A program made the position numbers and the translations under genes. The notes beneath the pieces are model-generated. The model saw only the letters and a list, made by a program, of their open reading frames with translations, did not search any database and had not been told where the DNA came from. DNA of 64,000 nt from Eledone cirrhosa (taxonomy: Eukaryota). The stretch spans positions 4,993-68,992 of the forward strand of contig CAXHJY010000651.1 of NCBI GenBank assembly GCA_964016885.1. Reading direction: 5' to 3'. This document shows positions 13,244 to 28,099 of the stretch, in pieces; the stretch's first letter is position 1; each line of letters starts with the position of its first letter.

Positions 13244-13379
13244 ATGCAAAAGTTTTATTTAAAATTGTTGGGTTACAACAAGTAAATATTTTATAACCGA
13301 TATAAAGCACTCGACAAGTTTTGGAGTAGATATACGATATTATTACGTCAAAATTATTTATAAAACTGTTTATATATTG

Positions 13380-13445
13380 TATTTTATCTGAAGAAGGCAT
13401 ACCATATTTTTAATATGGTATCCCCGAAATATGTATAATGAAATA
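13380..13445 (+). ncRNA. Minimal type I hammerhead ribozyme (tattttat family)
   Basis: tattttat-CTGAAGA-..ataccata/tatggtat..-GAAAT-atgt-ATA-atgaaata; 8-bp stem I including one G-U. Confidence 0.7.
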
Positions 13446-13535
13446 AATATGGTTTTATAAATATAGTTTCCATTTGTTTAATATCGTATATATTTGTATA
13501 TATTTATATACAGACACAAACACACGCACGCACGC

Positions 13536-13590
<55 letters not shown>

Positions 13591-13617
13591 TACACACACA
13601 CACACACACACATACAC

Positions 13618-13662
<45 letters not shown>

Positions 13663-13665
<3 letters not shown>

Positions 13666-13855
13666 TAATTTTTTAATATAAGGAACTGTTTCTTTGTTTT
13701 TATTCATTGTTTTTATTAATTTATCTTGACTCTGTTTTCCTGTGGTTTTCATCGAAAAAAATGTTTGAATACATCTTTTCTTTTCATGATATTTGGATTA
13801 CATTGAGTTCTTCTTACGGATTGGACACTACCGTATATTTTGGTAGATTTATCTA
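13663..13855 (+). mobile_element. 5'-truncated copy of the 2803-3262 element
   Basis: High identity to ~3075-3262; starts next to (TA)n. Confidence 0.75.
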
Positions 13856-13976
13856 CATATATATATGCAGTTCTGTTTACATGCCAACACAAGAGCAAGA
13901 ATGAGGGGCTCATTCTACTGACATGGCTTAAAAGAGGCTGTGTGCATACTTGCAAACGATTCGACTATTATTATTA

Positions 13977-14156
13977 ATTGGCAGTATCGGTAGAGGGTTG
14001 GACGCCATGCTTTCTAGCATAGTTACGTCCCTTTACAGTCTGAGTTCAAATCCCGCCGAGGTTAACTTTGCCTTTCATCCTTACGGGGTCGATAAAATAA
14101 AGTACCTGTAATGTACTGGGTAATTGCTGGCCTTGTGCCTAAAGTAGAAACAATTA
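13977..14156 (+). mobile_element. SINE family A
   Basis: Consensus match. Confidence 0.9.
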
Positions 14157-14219
14157 CTAATATTCGAAAAACTCAGATTACATTTATTGTATTCAGCCAT
14201 GCAGAGCGATAACTTTTTG

Positions 14220-14291
<72 letters not shown>

Positions 14292-14348
14292 GTATATATA
14301 TATATTAATTCAAAATATTAACAAAATAGATATTCTTGCGATCAAGTA

Positions 14349-14417
14349 TATTTTATTATACAAATATTTCAGAGGTACTGAGTTAAGTTCAACAGTACGT
14401 CCTCATCAGATAGAATA
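14349..14417 (-). ncRNA. Minimal type I hammerhead ribozyme (tattttat family)
   Basis: Minus: tattctat-CTGATGA-ggac-gtactg..cagtac-ctct-GAAAT-atttgt-ATA-ataaaata. Confidence 0.6.
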
Positions 14418-14518
14418 AGATGATGCATGACATACCCTGACATAGTAGATGTTTAAGATTCAGTCATGGTATATATATATATATATATGGTCCACCTGGT
14501 TCTTTACCACACTTCCAT

Positions 14519-14559
<41 letters not shown>

Positions 14560-14649
14560 AAAGGTAAGCAGAAATAACAACACAATCAGTACAGTATATG
14601 GAAGGTATATATTAGGTTAACGCATGATATATATATATATATATATATA

Positions 14650-14842
14650 AGGAAGGAAGTGTGGTAAGGAACCAGATGGACCATAACGCACCAGAGTCCT
14701 CAACACTTAGGGTAGTAGAGTGGGTAATAGGAAAGTGCTCAAGACCCCGACGGCAGAGCTCAAGCCGTTTCGAGGGCTATTTCTGCCAGAAATAGCCGTC
14801 GAAACGGCTTGAGCTCTGCCGCCGGGGTCTTGAACATTTTCA
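14650..14842. mobile_element. TA-embedded GC-rich hairpin element (family H)
   Basis: ggtaaggaaccagatggaccataacgcacc arm plus long inverted stem gaccccgacggcagagctcaagccgtttcga / tcgaaacggcttgagctctgccgccggggtc. Confidence 0.85.
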
Positions 14843-14889
14843 TATATACTCCCCTACGCACCCTTTGAACTCTGTTCCCACACACTTCT

Positions 14890-14923
14890 CACCTGAGGAA
14901 GGGCTTATGCCCGAAACGTCGTT
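14890..14923 (+). ncRNA. Ultra-minimal Penelope-type hammerhead motif
   Basis: ac-CTGAGGA-a-gggc-ttat-gccc-GAAAC-GTC-gt; downstream aataaa and (TA)n; 3' tail repeated at ~17600-17690. Confidence 0.65.
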
Positions 14924-15230
14924 CCCCACCACCACGCCACTCTCCAGAACGTGAAATTAATAAACATTCGTTGTACTGCCTCTCTGTTTTGTTCCTGTTC
15001 AAATTTTTCCATTATATATATATATATATTTGTATTTATCGTTGTTGTGGTATAAGTATGGCCACTGGTCGTTTTTCTTTGTGTCACACTTTATTAACTG
15101 CTGTGTTTACTCTGGACAATATTGTTTAACTTCTCGCTCCATTGAGTGCTTTGTGATTGCCTTGCCTCAAACAACTCGATTAGTACCTGCTATGATTCAC
15201 AACTTTGATTCATCACCAGTATTATGTATA

Positions 15231-15273
<43 letters not shown>

Positions 15274-15779
15274 GGTGTGTATATAAAGGTAGTAAAATTC
15301 AGGTAAACAAGTATTGTGCCAATAAAGTTTCAAGCTGAATGTAGTTCAACGATTTACAAGATAAGTCGTAGCTACTCATCAGGGGGATAATCAGTAAAAG
15401 TATTTAGAAACTAAACTTCGCGTAAATACATCCGACGAGTCGCATGAATGCGGATGTACAGAGCACAGAGATAATAATGCCTGAATAGCCAAGATAAAAA
15501 AAAAATTATGACATTTCATTCTTCTTACTCATATTTCTACAATTATGAGCAGAAAATATATAAAGGAAAAATAAAAATCGTGAAAAACTTTCCCCGAGCT
15601 CTATTATTCGTATGTAGGTGTATCTAAAGATGTATCTATATATTAGAATATGAGCATTAACTCAAGGAACTAAATATAAAACATTAACTATGTTCATTCT
15701 TTTGTAATCAAAGAATTTATAAAATGTTTAAAGAAGCAAGGGCAGTGGGAAATGGAAAACGCTCGTATGTATGTGCGCG

Positions 15780-15845
<66 letters not shown>

Positions 15846-15849
<4 letters not shown>

Positions 15850-16038
15850 AGAAAAGAGTCATGACCCCGACGGCTGTGCTCCGGTCGTTTCGACATCTAC
15901 ATCCGGATCTAGCTGTCGAAACCGCCGGAGCTCAGCCGTCGGCGTCCAGGCTCTTTTCTTATTAATCACTCTACTACAATAAGTATCGAGTACTCTGGTG
16001 CGTTTTGGTCCACCTGGTTTCTTATCACACTTTCGTTG

Positions 16039-16040
<2 letters not shown>
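15846..16040. mobile_element. Hairpin element family H (opposite orientation)
   Basis: Same arms, flanked by (TA)n on both sides. Confidence 0.8.
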
Positions 16041-16110
<70 letters not shown>

Positions 16111-16113
<3 letters not shown>

Positions 16114-16676
16114 CAAGGGAGTGTAAATACAGAAAATATAGTAAAAATTAATAATAAATAATTAAATTCCAAAAAATTCACTGTACTTACTATATGTGCC
16201 CTTACCGCGGTTTCAGATCCCAAATAAAAAGACAATCCAAGTGGATTTCCATTAAGAAAGAGATCATCGTCAGAAGGCTTTTCTCTCTCGGAGAATATAA
16301 AATTGCCGAGTTCAAATTACAAACTAGCGCCATACCAAACTGCCTCAGAATGAATCAGTTATGGTTAGGAACGCGTGCAAAGGCGAAAGCATGTTGAAAA
16401 GGTCAATCTAATGCTACTAAAAATAGCAGCTATACGAACGACCAAAGGTGTCTCTACCATTGGGGAGAAGAAGAATAAAAGTATGTGTTCTATATGTAAG
16501 TAATACATACAGGGATACAAGTATAGTTCGTAGGCTAGTGAGGTTCAATAGCAAGTTAATAAATTAACAAGCCAGAAAATATAAAATCAAGGGAGTGTAA
16601 ACACAGAAAATATCTTAAAAAATAATAATAAATAATTAAATTCAAAAAATTCACTGTACTTACTATATGTGCCCTT
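16111..16676 (-). mobile_element. Retrozyme/PLE-like unit with ~90-bp terminal direct repeat
   Basis: 16111-16203 repeated at ~16586-16676; (TA)n both sides; contains the hammerhead at 16198-16278. Confidence 0.75.
16198..16278 (-). ncRNA. Type I hammerhead ribozyme with palindromic stem III
   Basis: Minus: gcctt-CTGACGA-t-gatctc...gggatc-t-GAAAC-cgcg-GTA-agggc. Confidence 0.75.
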
Positions 16677-16823
16677 TATTATATATATATATATATATAT
16701 ATAAGATACTTCACGGTGCTCATTCTACCTGGAGTTGCGACCGATAGATAGTATTAGCAATTGGAAAGACCAATGGAAACATTGTTTCCTCGGTCCGATT
16801 TGACGAAAGTCGATCGACTGTCG

Positions 16824-16909
<86 letters not shown>

Positions 16910-16924
16910 ATGTATGTATATATA

Positions 16925-16985
16925 TAGGAAAAGAGTCAGGACCCCGACGGCTGAGCTCCGGCCGTTTCGACAGCTAGATCCGAAC

Positions 16986-16986
<1 letters not shown>
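16925..16986. mobile_element. Single arm of hairpin family H
   Basis: gaccccgacggctgagctccggccgtttcgacagctagatcc within (TA)n. Confidence 0.7.
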
Positions 16987-17019
<33 letters not shown>

Positions 17020-17991
17020 ATATATATATATCTTACATACTAACGCTATTACAAAATATAAGCGGTTGCAGTTTGTTTATCTACAATGACAGGTAAATTT
17101 ATATGAAGCAATTTGTCCATAACCTGTGATCATTCATTAGACACAATGTAAACGTGTGTGGCAGGTGGACCCCTTCAGTAGGCCGCACTTTCTATTGAAA
17201 CTTATGAAACTATACTCCGCCTCAAATAAGTAGAGAATTGTAACTATTCACCTTCACACTTAACTTACTTCGTTATCCTACGTAAATGAACACATCCATA
17301 GGTATATAGATATATTCACACATATACACTATACTGAAACTTGTTGACGTATGTATATAAATATAACTCACAAAGATATGTGCAGGATTAAAGCTGCACA
17401 TATGCATATATAGTGTGAGGGCGTGTGTGCATGTATATGTATATATATATATATATATTATATACACACACACATATTTATATATATGTATATACACACA
17501 TATATATATATGTGTGTGTGTGTAAGTATATATATATATATATATATTGTATACACACAAACATATTCATATATATATGTGTGTTTGGGTGTATATACCC
17601 CCCACCCACACCCACCCACTCTCAAGAGCGTGAAACTAATAAACCTTTGTTCGTACTGCCTCTCTGTTTGTTCCCGTTCCATTTTTCACTATATATATAT
17701 ATATATATATATACAAAGAGAGACGTGCGCGCACACACATATACATACGTTCATATATACATACTTATATAACCACTTACCCAACTCCACTTATATTCAG
17801 ATAGACAAGAATTGCATTTTAAACATAATATACACCCATACAAAACAAATACAATACAAATATTGCAAAGAAAGAAAGAGTTAGAAAAATAAAGGATAGG
17901 GAAATAAATTCTGAGTATAAGAGAGATAAAGTATTCTGAGTATAGACAAATAAAGAGCGCGGTGTAGATAGCTAGCTAGGTAGATAGATAT

Positions 17992-18260
17992 ATTTTCTTT
18001 ATTTGCCACAGGGGCGTACAAAAATGGGACATTACAAGACGTGACGGCGGGACTTTTACATAAAATCTTTAACAATGATAAATAACAATGAACTATATAA
18101 AAATAAAACAATTGAAATCCTTATTAAGGGGGGGGGGGGGTAACGCTACTGCGGGGTTGTTTTACACCCCGTGGATAGAACAACCCTCAACACCAGGAAC
18201 ACGTTTTGTAGGTGTTACCGTCTTCCCTCTGTTTATCTTCCTCAAGAGGAAAGACGGGAA
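17992..18260 (-). mobile_element. 3' UTR fragment of a Tx1/L1-like LINE
   Basis: Minus strand ends ..cccctgtggcaaataaagaaa, like the 3' end of the 50125-50700 element. Confidence 0.45.
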
Positions 18261-18318
18261 CATAGATAGGGAAGATAGATAGATAGATAGATATATAGAT
18301 AGATAGATATAGTGTGTG

Positions 18319-18350
<32 letters not shown>

Positions 18351-18440
18351 TAAAGAGACAAGGATAATCTAGTATATCTATTCATATCCATATCCATATC
18401 TGCACTTACATACATACAAAGATAAATATGAGATAGAGGT

Positions 18441-18511
<71 letters not shown>

Positions 18512-18680
18512 AGAGCGAAAGAGAAGGAGTGTGACCGAGAGAGTAAGAGAGAGAGAGAGAGAAAGAGAGAGAGATTGAGAGATTGGAAAAGCGAGGGGGA
18601 GGGAAGCAATGGAGAATAACAGAGAAAAAACATAAGGGAAAAAAGCTATACACATATATAGCAATATAGTTATATATACA

Positions 18681-18766
<86 letters not shown>

Positions 18767-18936
18767 CGTGTTTATATCGATATATGTATATTATGTATAT
18801 ACATGCATATAAAAACATATATATCATTATAAATAAATATATATATATATATCGATATATATATATATATATCGATATATATATATATATCGATATAAAC
18901 ATATATATCGATATAAACATATATATCGATATAAAT

Positions 18937-19058
<122 letters not shown>

Positions 19059-19100
19059 ATATATATGTCTGCTGAGCACACAAGCTATATCGATATACAA

Positions 19101-19132
<32 letters not shown>

Positions 19133-19190
19133 ATATATTTGTATATCGATATATATATATATATTTATATATATATATATTTGTATATCG

Positions 19191-19270
<80 letters not shown>

Positions 19271-19315
19271 GGGGGGTTGTATGGGTGTGTCGAGAGTTAG
19301 TAGAGAGGCAATAAG

Positions 19316-19392
19316 AAAAAGAAAAAGAAAAAGAAAAAGAAAAAGAAAAAGAAAAAGAAAAAGAAAAAGAAAAAGAAAAAGAAAAAGAAAAA
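19316..19392. repeat. (GAAAAA)n hexanucleotide repeat
   Basis: About 12 perfect copies. Confidence 0.9.
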
Positions 19393-19759
19393 ACACGCAA
19401 TGGTGGACATAATGACATTATCACATTTATCATACATGAATAGGTTTATTTAGAGCTGAGTAAGAGAGGGAAGCAAGATTAGATCAGTAATAATCTGTAT
19501 ATATAACGAGTTTAGGGTCACTTAACCCGTGCTTTCGACGTTTTAAGATTTTACTGTGTGTTGTGTTGTTCATCACTGTCACTACCATTGCCACTACCAC
19601 CACTACTACTACAGCCAGCACTAGCACCATCACTACCACCCACACTAGTTCCATTACTGACACCAACGCCACCACCACCACTGCCACAGCCAACACTAGT
19701 TCCATCACTGCCACCACCACTACCACCACTACAACGAACACTAACACCATCACTACCAC

Positions 19760-20175
19760 GAACACTAGTTCCATTACTGACACCAACACCACCACCACTA
19801 CAACCAACACTAGTTCCATCACTGACACCAACACCACCACCACTACAACCAACACTAGTTCCATCACTGACACCAACACCACCACCACTACAACCAACAC
19901 TAGTTCCATCACTGACACCAACACCACCACCACTACAACCAACACTAGTTCCATCACTGACACCAACACCACCACCACTACAACCAACACTAGTTCCATC
20001 ACTGACACCAACACCACCACCACTACAACCAACACTAGTTCCATCACTGACACCAACACCACCACCACTACAACCAACACTAGTTCCATCACTGACACCA
20101 ACACCACCACCACTACAACCAACACTAGTTCCATCACTGACACCAACACCACCAACACCACCACCACTACAACCA
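19760..20175. repeat. 45-bp minisatellite
   Basis: About 9 near-perfect copies of aacactagttccatcactgacaccaacaccaccaccactacaacc. Confidence 0.9.
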
Positions 20176-21149
20176 ACACCACCGCTGCACCAAAACTAAC
20201 ACTACCTCCATCACCACCACCAACACCACCAGTCCACTACAGCCAACACTACCTCCAATTCCGCTACCAACACCACCGCTGCACCAAAACCAACACTACC
20301 TCCATCACCAGCACCAACACCACCACTCCACTACAGCCAACACTACCTCCAATTCCGCTACCAACACCACCGCTGCACAAAAACCAACACTACCTCCATC
20401 ACCACCACCAACACCACCACCACCACCAACACTACCAGCATTAGCCAATACTCCTCCACAACCACCACACTACCAAAACCGACAATACTAACACTAAAAC
20501 TGCCAACGCTACAACCAAAACTACCACTATCACTACCACTATCACAACCACTATCACTACCACTATCACCACCACTACCAGCACAACCAACACTACCACC
20601 ACCACTAACAAGACAACCAACATTATCACTACACTACAACCCACACTACCACCACAACCAACACTACAACAAAAACAACACTACCACCACAACCAACACT
20701 ACAACAAAAACAACACTACCACCACAACCAACACTACAACAAAAAACAACACTACCACAACAACCCACACAACCACCACAACCAACATTATCCCTACACT
20801 ACAACCCACACTACCACCACAACCAACACTACAACAAAAAACAACGCTACCACCACAAACAACACTACTACCACAACCAACACTACCACCACAACCAACA
20901 CTACCACCACAACCAACACTACTACTACAACCAACACTACCACCACAACCAACACTACCACTACAACCAACACTACCACCACAACCAACACTACCACCAC
21001 AACCAACTCTACCACCACAACCAACTCTACTCCATCCCTGACTCCAACACCATCACCACAACTGACTCTACCACCACCAAGACTAACATCAAAACCACCA
21101 CCACAATCGCCACTACCACCGACACACACACACACACCACCACTACCAA

Positions 21150-24100
21150 CAATACTACTACAACCACTACCATCACCAATACCACCACAACCGCCACTAC
21201 CACCAACACCCACACCACTACCATCACCAATATCCACCACAACCGCCACTACCACCAACACCCGCACCACTACCATCACCAATACCACCACAACCGCCAC
21301 TACCACCAACACCCACAACCACTACCATCACCAATACCACCACAACAACCACTACCACCAACACCCACACCACTACCATCACCAATACCACCACAACCGC
21401 CACTACCACCAACACCCACAACCACTACCATCACCACTACCACCACAACCGCCACTACCACCAACACCCACAACCACTACCAGCACCAATACCACCACAA
21501 ACGCCACTACCACCAACACGCACAACCACTACCATCACCAATACCACCACAACCGCCACTACCACCAACACCCACACCACTACCATCACCAATACCACCA
21601 CAACCGCCACTACCACCAACACCCACACCACTACCAACACCAATACCACCACAACCGCCACTACCACCAACACGCACAACCACTACCATCACCAATACCA
21701 GCACAACCGCCACTACCACCAACACCCACACCACTACCATCACCAATACCACCACAACCGCCACTACCACCAACACCCACACCACTACCAACACCAATAC
21801 CACCACAACCGCCACTACCACCAACACGCACAACCACTACCATCACCAATACCACCACAACCGCCACTACCACCAACACCCACAACCACTACCATCACCA
21901 ATACCACCACAACCGCCACTACCACCAGCACCCACAACCACTACCATCACCAATACCACCACAACCGCCACTACCACCAACACCCACAACCACTACCATC
22001 ACCAATACCACCACAACTGCCACTACCACCAACACCCACAACCACTACCATCACCAATACCACCACAACCGCCACTACCACCAACACCCACAACCACTAC
22101 CATCACCAATACCACCACAACCGCCACTACCACCAACACCCACAACCACTACCATCACCAATACCACCACAACTGCCACTACCACCAACACCCACAACCA
22201 CTACCATCACCAATACCACCACAACCGCCACTACCACCAACACCCACACCACTACCAACACCAATACCACCACAACCGCCACTACCACCAACACGCACAA
22301 CCACTACCATCACCAATACCAGCACAACCGCCACTACCACCAACACCCACAACCACTACCAGCACCAATACCACCACAACCGCCACTACCACCAACACCC
22401 AGAACCACTACCATCACCAATACCACCACAACCGCCACTACCACCAACACCCACAACCACTACCATCACCAATACCACCACAACAACCACTACCACCAAC
22501 ACCCACACCACTACCATCACCAATACCACCACAACCGCCACTACCACCAACACCCACAACCACTACCATCACCAATACCACCACAACCGCCACTACCACC
22601 AACACCCACAACCACTACCATCACCAATACCACCACAACCGCCACTACCACCAACACCCACACCACTACCATCACCAATACCACCACAACCGCCACTACC
22701 ACCAACACCCACAACCACTACCATCACCAATACCACCACAACCGCCACTACCACCAACACCCACAACCACTACCATCACCAATACCACCACAACCGCCAC
22801 TACCACCAACACCCACACCACTACCATCACCAATACCACCACAACCGCCACTACCACCAACACCCACAACCACTACCATCACCAATACCACCACAACCGC
22901 CACTACCACCAACACCCACAACCACTACCATCACCAATACCACCACAACTGCCACTACCACCAACACCCACAACCACTACCATCACCAATACCACCACAA
23001 CCGCCACTACCACCAACACCCACAGCCACTACCATCACCAATACCACCACAACCGCCACTACCACCAACACCCACAACCACTACCATCACCAATACCACC
23101 ACAACTGCCACTACCACCAACACGCACAACCACTACCATCACCAATACCACCACAACCGCCACTACCACCAACACCCACACCACTACCATCACCAATACC
23201 ACCACAACCGCCACTACCACCAACACCCACAACTACTACCATCACCAATACCACCACAACCGCCACTACCACCAACACCCACAACCACTACCATCACCAA
23301 TACCACCACAACCGCCACTACCACCAACACCCACAACCACTACCATCACCAATACCAGCACAACCGCCACTACCACCAACACCCACAACCACTACCAGCA
23401 CCAATACCACCACAACCGCCACTACCACCAACACCCAGAACCACTACCATCACCAATACCACCACAACCGCCACTACCACCAACACCCACAACCACTACC
23501 ATCACCAATACCACCACAACAACCACTACCACCAACACCCACACCACTACCATCACCAATACCACCACAACCGCCACTACCACCAACACCCACAACCACT
23601 ACCATCACCAATACCACCACAACCGCCACTACCACCAACACCCACACCACTACCATCACCAATACCACCACAACCGCCACTACCACCAACACCCACAACC
23701 ACTACCATCACCAATACCACCACAACCGCCACTACCACCAACACCCACAACTACTACCATCACCAATACCACCACAACCGCCACTACCACCAACACGCAC
23801 AACCACTACCATCACCAATACCACCACAACCGCCACTACCACCAGCACCCACAACCACTACCATCACCAATACCACCACAACCGCCACTACCACCAACAC
23901 CCACAACCACTACCATCACCAATACCACCACAACTGCCACTACCACCAACACCCACAACCACTACCATCACCACTACCCACCACAACCGCCACTACCACC
24001 AACACCCACAACCACTACCATCACCAATACCACCACAACTGCCACTACCACCCAACACCCACAACCACTACCATCACCACTACCACCACAACCGCCACTA

Positions 24101-25847
24101 CCACCAACACCCACAACCACTACCATCACCAATACCACCACAACTGCCACTACCACCAACACCCACAACCACTACCATCACCACTACCACCACAACCGCC
24201 ACTACCACCAACACCCACACCACTACCATCACCAATACCACCACAACCGCCTCTACCACCAACACCCACAACCACTACCATCACCACTACCACCACAACC
24301 GCCACTACCACCAACACCCACACCACTACCATCACCATACCACCACAACCGCCACTACCACCAACACCCACAACCACTACCATCACCAATACCACCACAA
24401 CCGCCACTACCACAACACCCACAACCACTACCATCACCAATACCACCACAACCGCCACTACCACCAACACCCACAACCACTACCATCACCAATACCACCA
24501 CAACCGCCACTACCACCAACACCCACAACCACTACCATCACCAATACCACCACAACCGCCACTACCACCAACACCCACAACCACTACCATCACCAATACC
24601 ACCACAACTGCCACTACCACCAACACCCACAACCACTACCATCACCACTACCACCACGACCGCCACTAACCACCAACACCCACAACCACTACCATCACCA
24701 ATACCACCACAACTGCCACTACCACCAACACCCACAACCACTACCATCACCACTACCACCACAACCGCCACTACCACCAACACCCACAACCACTACCATC
24801 ACCAATACCACCACAACTGCCACTACCACCAACACCCACAACCACTACCATCACCACTACCACCACAACCGCCACTACCACCAACACCCACAACCACTAC
24901 CATCACCAATACCACCACAACCGCCACTACCACCAGCACCCACAACCACTACCATCACCACTACCACCACAACCGCCACTACCACCAACACCCACACCAC
25001 TACCATCACCAATACCACCACAACAACCACTACCACCAACACCCACACCACTACCATCACCAATACCACCACAACCGCCACTACCACCAACACGCACAAC
25101 CACTACCATCACCAATACCACCACAACCGCCACTACCACCAACACCCACAACCACTACCATCACCAATACCACCACAACCGCCACTACCACCAACACCCA
25201 CAACCACTACCATCACCACTACCACCACAACCGCCACTACCACCAACACCCACACCACTACCATCACCAATACCACCACAACCGCCACTACCACCAAACA
25301 CCCACAACCACTACCATCACCAATACCACCACAAACCGCCACTACCACCAACACCCACAACTACTACCATCACCAATACCACCACAACCGCCACTACCAC
25401 CAACACGCACAACCACTACCATCACCAATACCACCACAACCGCCACTACCACCAGCACCCACAACCACTACCATCACCAATACCACCACAACCGCCACTA
25501 CCACCCAACACCCACAACCACTACCATCACCAATACCACCACAACTGCCACTACCACCAACACCCACAACCACTACCATCACCACTACCACCACAACCGC
25601 CACTACCACCAACACCCACAACCACTACCATCACCAATACCACCACAACTGCCACTACCACCAACACGCACAACCACTACCATCACCAATACCACCACAA
25701 CCGCCACTACCACCAACACGCACAACCACTTACCATCACCAATACCACCACAACCGCCACTACCACCAGCACCCACAACCACTACCATCACCACTACCAC
25801 CACAACCGCCACTACCACCAACACCCACACCACTACCATCACCAATA
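21150..25847. repeat. 51/52-bp minisatellite array (~4.7 kb, roughly 90 units)
   Basis: Unit accactaccatcaccaataccaccacaaccgccactaccaccaacacccaca with recurrent variants. Confidence 0.95.
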
Positions 25848-26251
25848 TCCATGCTCTCGGTGAGTCATTCGATATTATAAGGACCAATATAAATGGGTAG
25901 GTACAATATGTTTACAATATCTAATAGAACAACAACAAAAACATATACATAAATAAATACAAGAATAAATGAAGACCCCTACCTCATATTCTACGCTTCT
26001 TCCTCCACCTCCACCTCTACCGCCACCCGTTCTTTCCCTTCAAAACATTAATATAAAACATATAATACGTATAGATATATATATTGAGTTAAGGGTGTGG
26101 ATAGTAGGGTGGGTACTACATAGCAGAGAATCTGATAATATAGATTGTTGTCTGTTTATATGACATCATAGCGAACCTTAACTAATGTGATATAATAGTT
26201 TGAGGCAGTTAGAACGAATGAGAGGGGTGGGGAAATACTGTAAATATATAA

Positions 26252-26295
<44 letters not shown>

Positions 26296-26500
26296 TCTAT
26301 GTGTGTTTGTGTGTTTGTGTGTGTATGGGGGGGGGCGTGTGTGTGTGTACAGTTGCATGGCTAGATATATGATAAATGTATAAGAATATATGTGTATAGG
26401 GTATCTATGGGCGTCTGGATTATACGTTTATATATCTATGTGTGTGTGTGTGTAGGTGTAGGTGTGTGCGTGTGCCTGCCTACGTGAGTGTATGTATAGA

Positions 26501-26547
<47 letters not shown>

Positions 26548-26559
26548 ATATGCACACAT

Positions 26560-26596
<37 letters not shown>

Positions 26597-26626
26597 GTAT
26601 ATTATATAATATACACATATATAAAT

Positions 26627-26701
<75 letters not shown>

Positions 26702-26710
26702 ATATACATA

Positions 26711-26902
26711 TAACGAAGGAGTTGTGGTAAGGAACCAGAATGGATAACGCACCAGAGTACTCAATACTTAGGGTAGTAGAGTGGGTAATAGGAAAATGTA
26801 TGACCCTGACGGCAGAGCTCAAGCCGTTTCGACGGCTATTTCTTGGCTGAAACAGCCGTCGAAACGGCTTGAGCTCTGCCGTCGGGGTCTTACATTTTCC
26901 TA
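26711..26902. mobile_element. Hairpin element family H
   Basis: Same arm and stem, TA-flanked. Confidence 0.85.
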
Positions 26903-26965
26903 TATATATATATATATATATTATATAATATATATAATATATAGGTGTGTGTGTGTGTATATATT

Positions 26966-27018
<53 letters not shown>

Positions 27019-27460
27019 CATACACACACCTATATATATATATATATATATATGAATAATCAAAATGTATTTCATGTATTTACAAAGTTTCTACCTATAA
27101 AATATAATCAGACAAATTGTAAAAAAACACAATACCTGTCTACAGTAAAATGTATTGTGTGTATTAGTTAAAACCTACTTCACATCTCATTTTACTGTTT
27201 TCTGTTCAGAGCAAACCTCAAATGAAACGTGTTGTGATGAGAGCTCTGATAAGGTCAGGCAGTACAACAGGGATAGAATGTAATTTGTGGGAATTTTGTA
27301 AGGCTTACTCTATGGTCTTGTAGTAGTTGGTGAAATATCAGATTAAAGTTTAAGCTAAGAATCGCTGATATATATATATATATATATATACGACATATAT
27401 ATACATATATAAGTATATGTACGTATGAGTTATATAAATAACATTATATATATGTATATG

Positions 27461-27544
<84 letters not shown>

Positions 27545-27545
<1 letters not shown>

Positions 27546-27737
27546 ACGAAGGAAAAGTGGTAAGGAACCAGGTGGACCATAACGCACCAAAGTACTCAAT
27601 ACTTAGGGTAGTAGAGTGGGTAATAGGAACGAGTAGGACCCCGATGGCTGAGCTCAACCCGTTTCGACGGCTATTTCTGGACTGAATTAGCCGTCGAAAC
27701 GGCTTGAGCTCAGCCGTCGGGGTCCTACTCGTTCCTA
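27545..27737. mobile_element. Hairpin element family H
   Basis: Same arm and stem, TA-flanked. Confidence 0.85.
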
Positions 27738-27878
27738 TATATAAATATATATATATAAGTAGAATGGTATTTAATTTGTTTGAAGTCCGACAAACATAAA
27801 TGATAGACTATCCAGTGAATTTCCAACCGATAAGGTATGATTTTCATGGGTATGTCTCTATTTATAAAACAAACTTTG

Positions 27879-27943
27879 TATTTTATCTGATGAAAGCGTA
27901 CCAATGATGTCTTGGTTACCCTTGAAATATATATAATAAAATA
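27879..27943 (+). ncRNA. Minimal type I hammerhead ribozyme (tattttat family)
   Basis: tattttat-CTGATGA-aagcgtaccaa..ttggttaccctt-GAAAT-atat-ATA-ataaaata; same 3' tail as the 13380 copy. Confidence 0.7.
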
Positions 27944-28099
27944 AATATGGTTTTATAAATATAGTTTCCATTTATTTAATATCATTGTATATATGTATAT
28001 ATATATATATAGTATATATGTGTGTGTGTGTGTGTGTGCGTGTGTGTGTGTGTGTATGCGTGTGTGTGTGTGTATACGTAGATATGTATATATATATAC

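Noticed and set aside
13260-13350. Minus-strand IYSKTCRVLYIG resembling GIY-YIG
   Set aside because: Very short, opposite strand to the adjacent hammerhead, and no further endonuclease motifs.
15325-15390. Minus-strand CTGATGA..GAAAC hammerhead
   Set aside because: No properly placed cleavage triplet or stem I partner after GAAAC; too degenerate.
19484-20444. Long Thr/Pro-rich mucin-like ORFs
   Set aside because: Open in several frames only because the 45-bp repeat unit lacks stops there; no splice or domain context.
21150-25847. CRISPR-like regular array
   Set aside because: Contiguous tandem units with no unique spacers, no cas genes, eukaryotic context.
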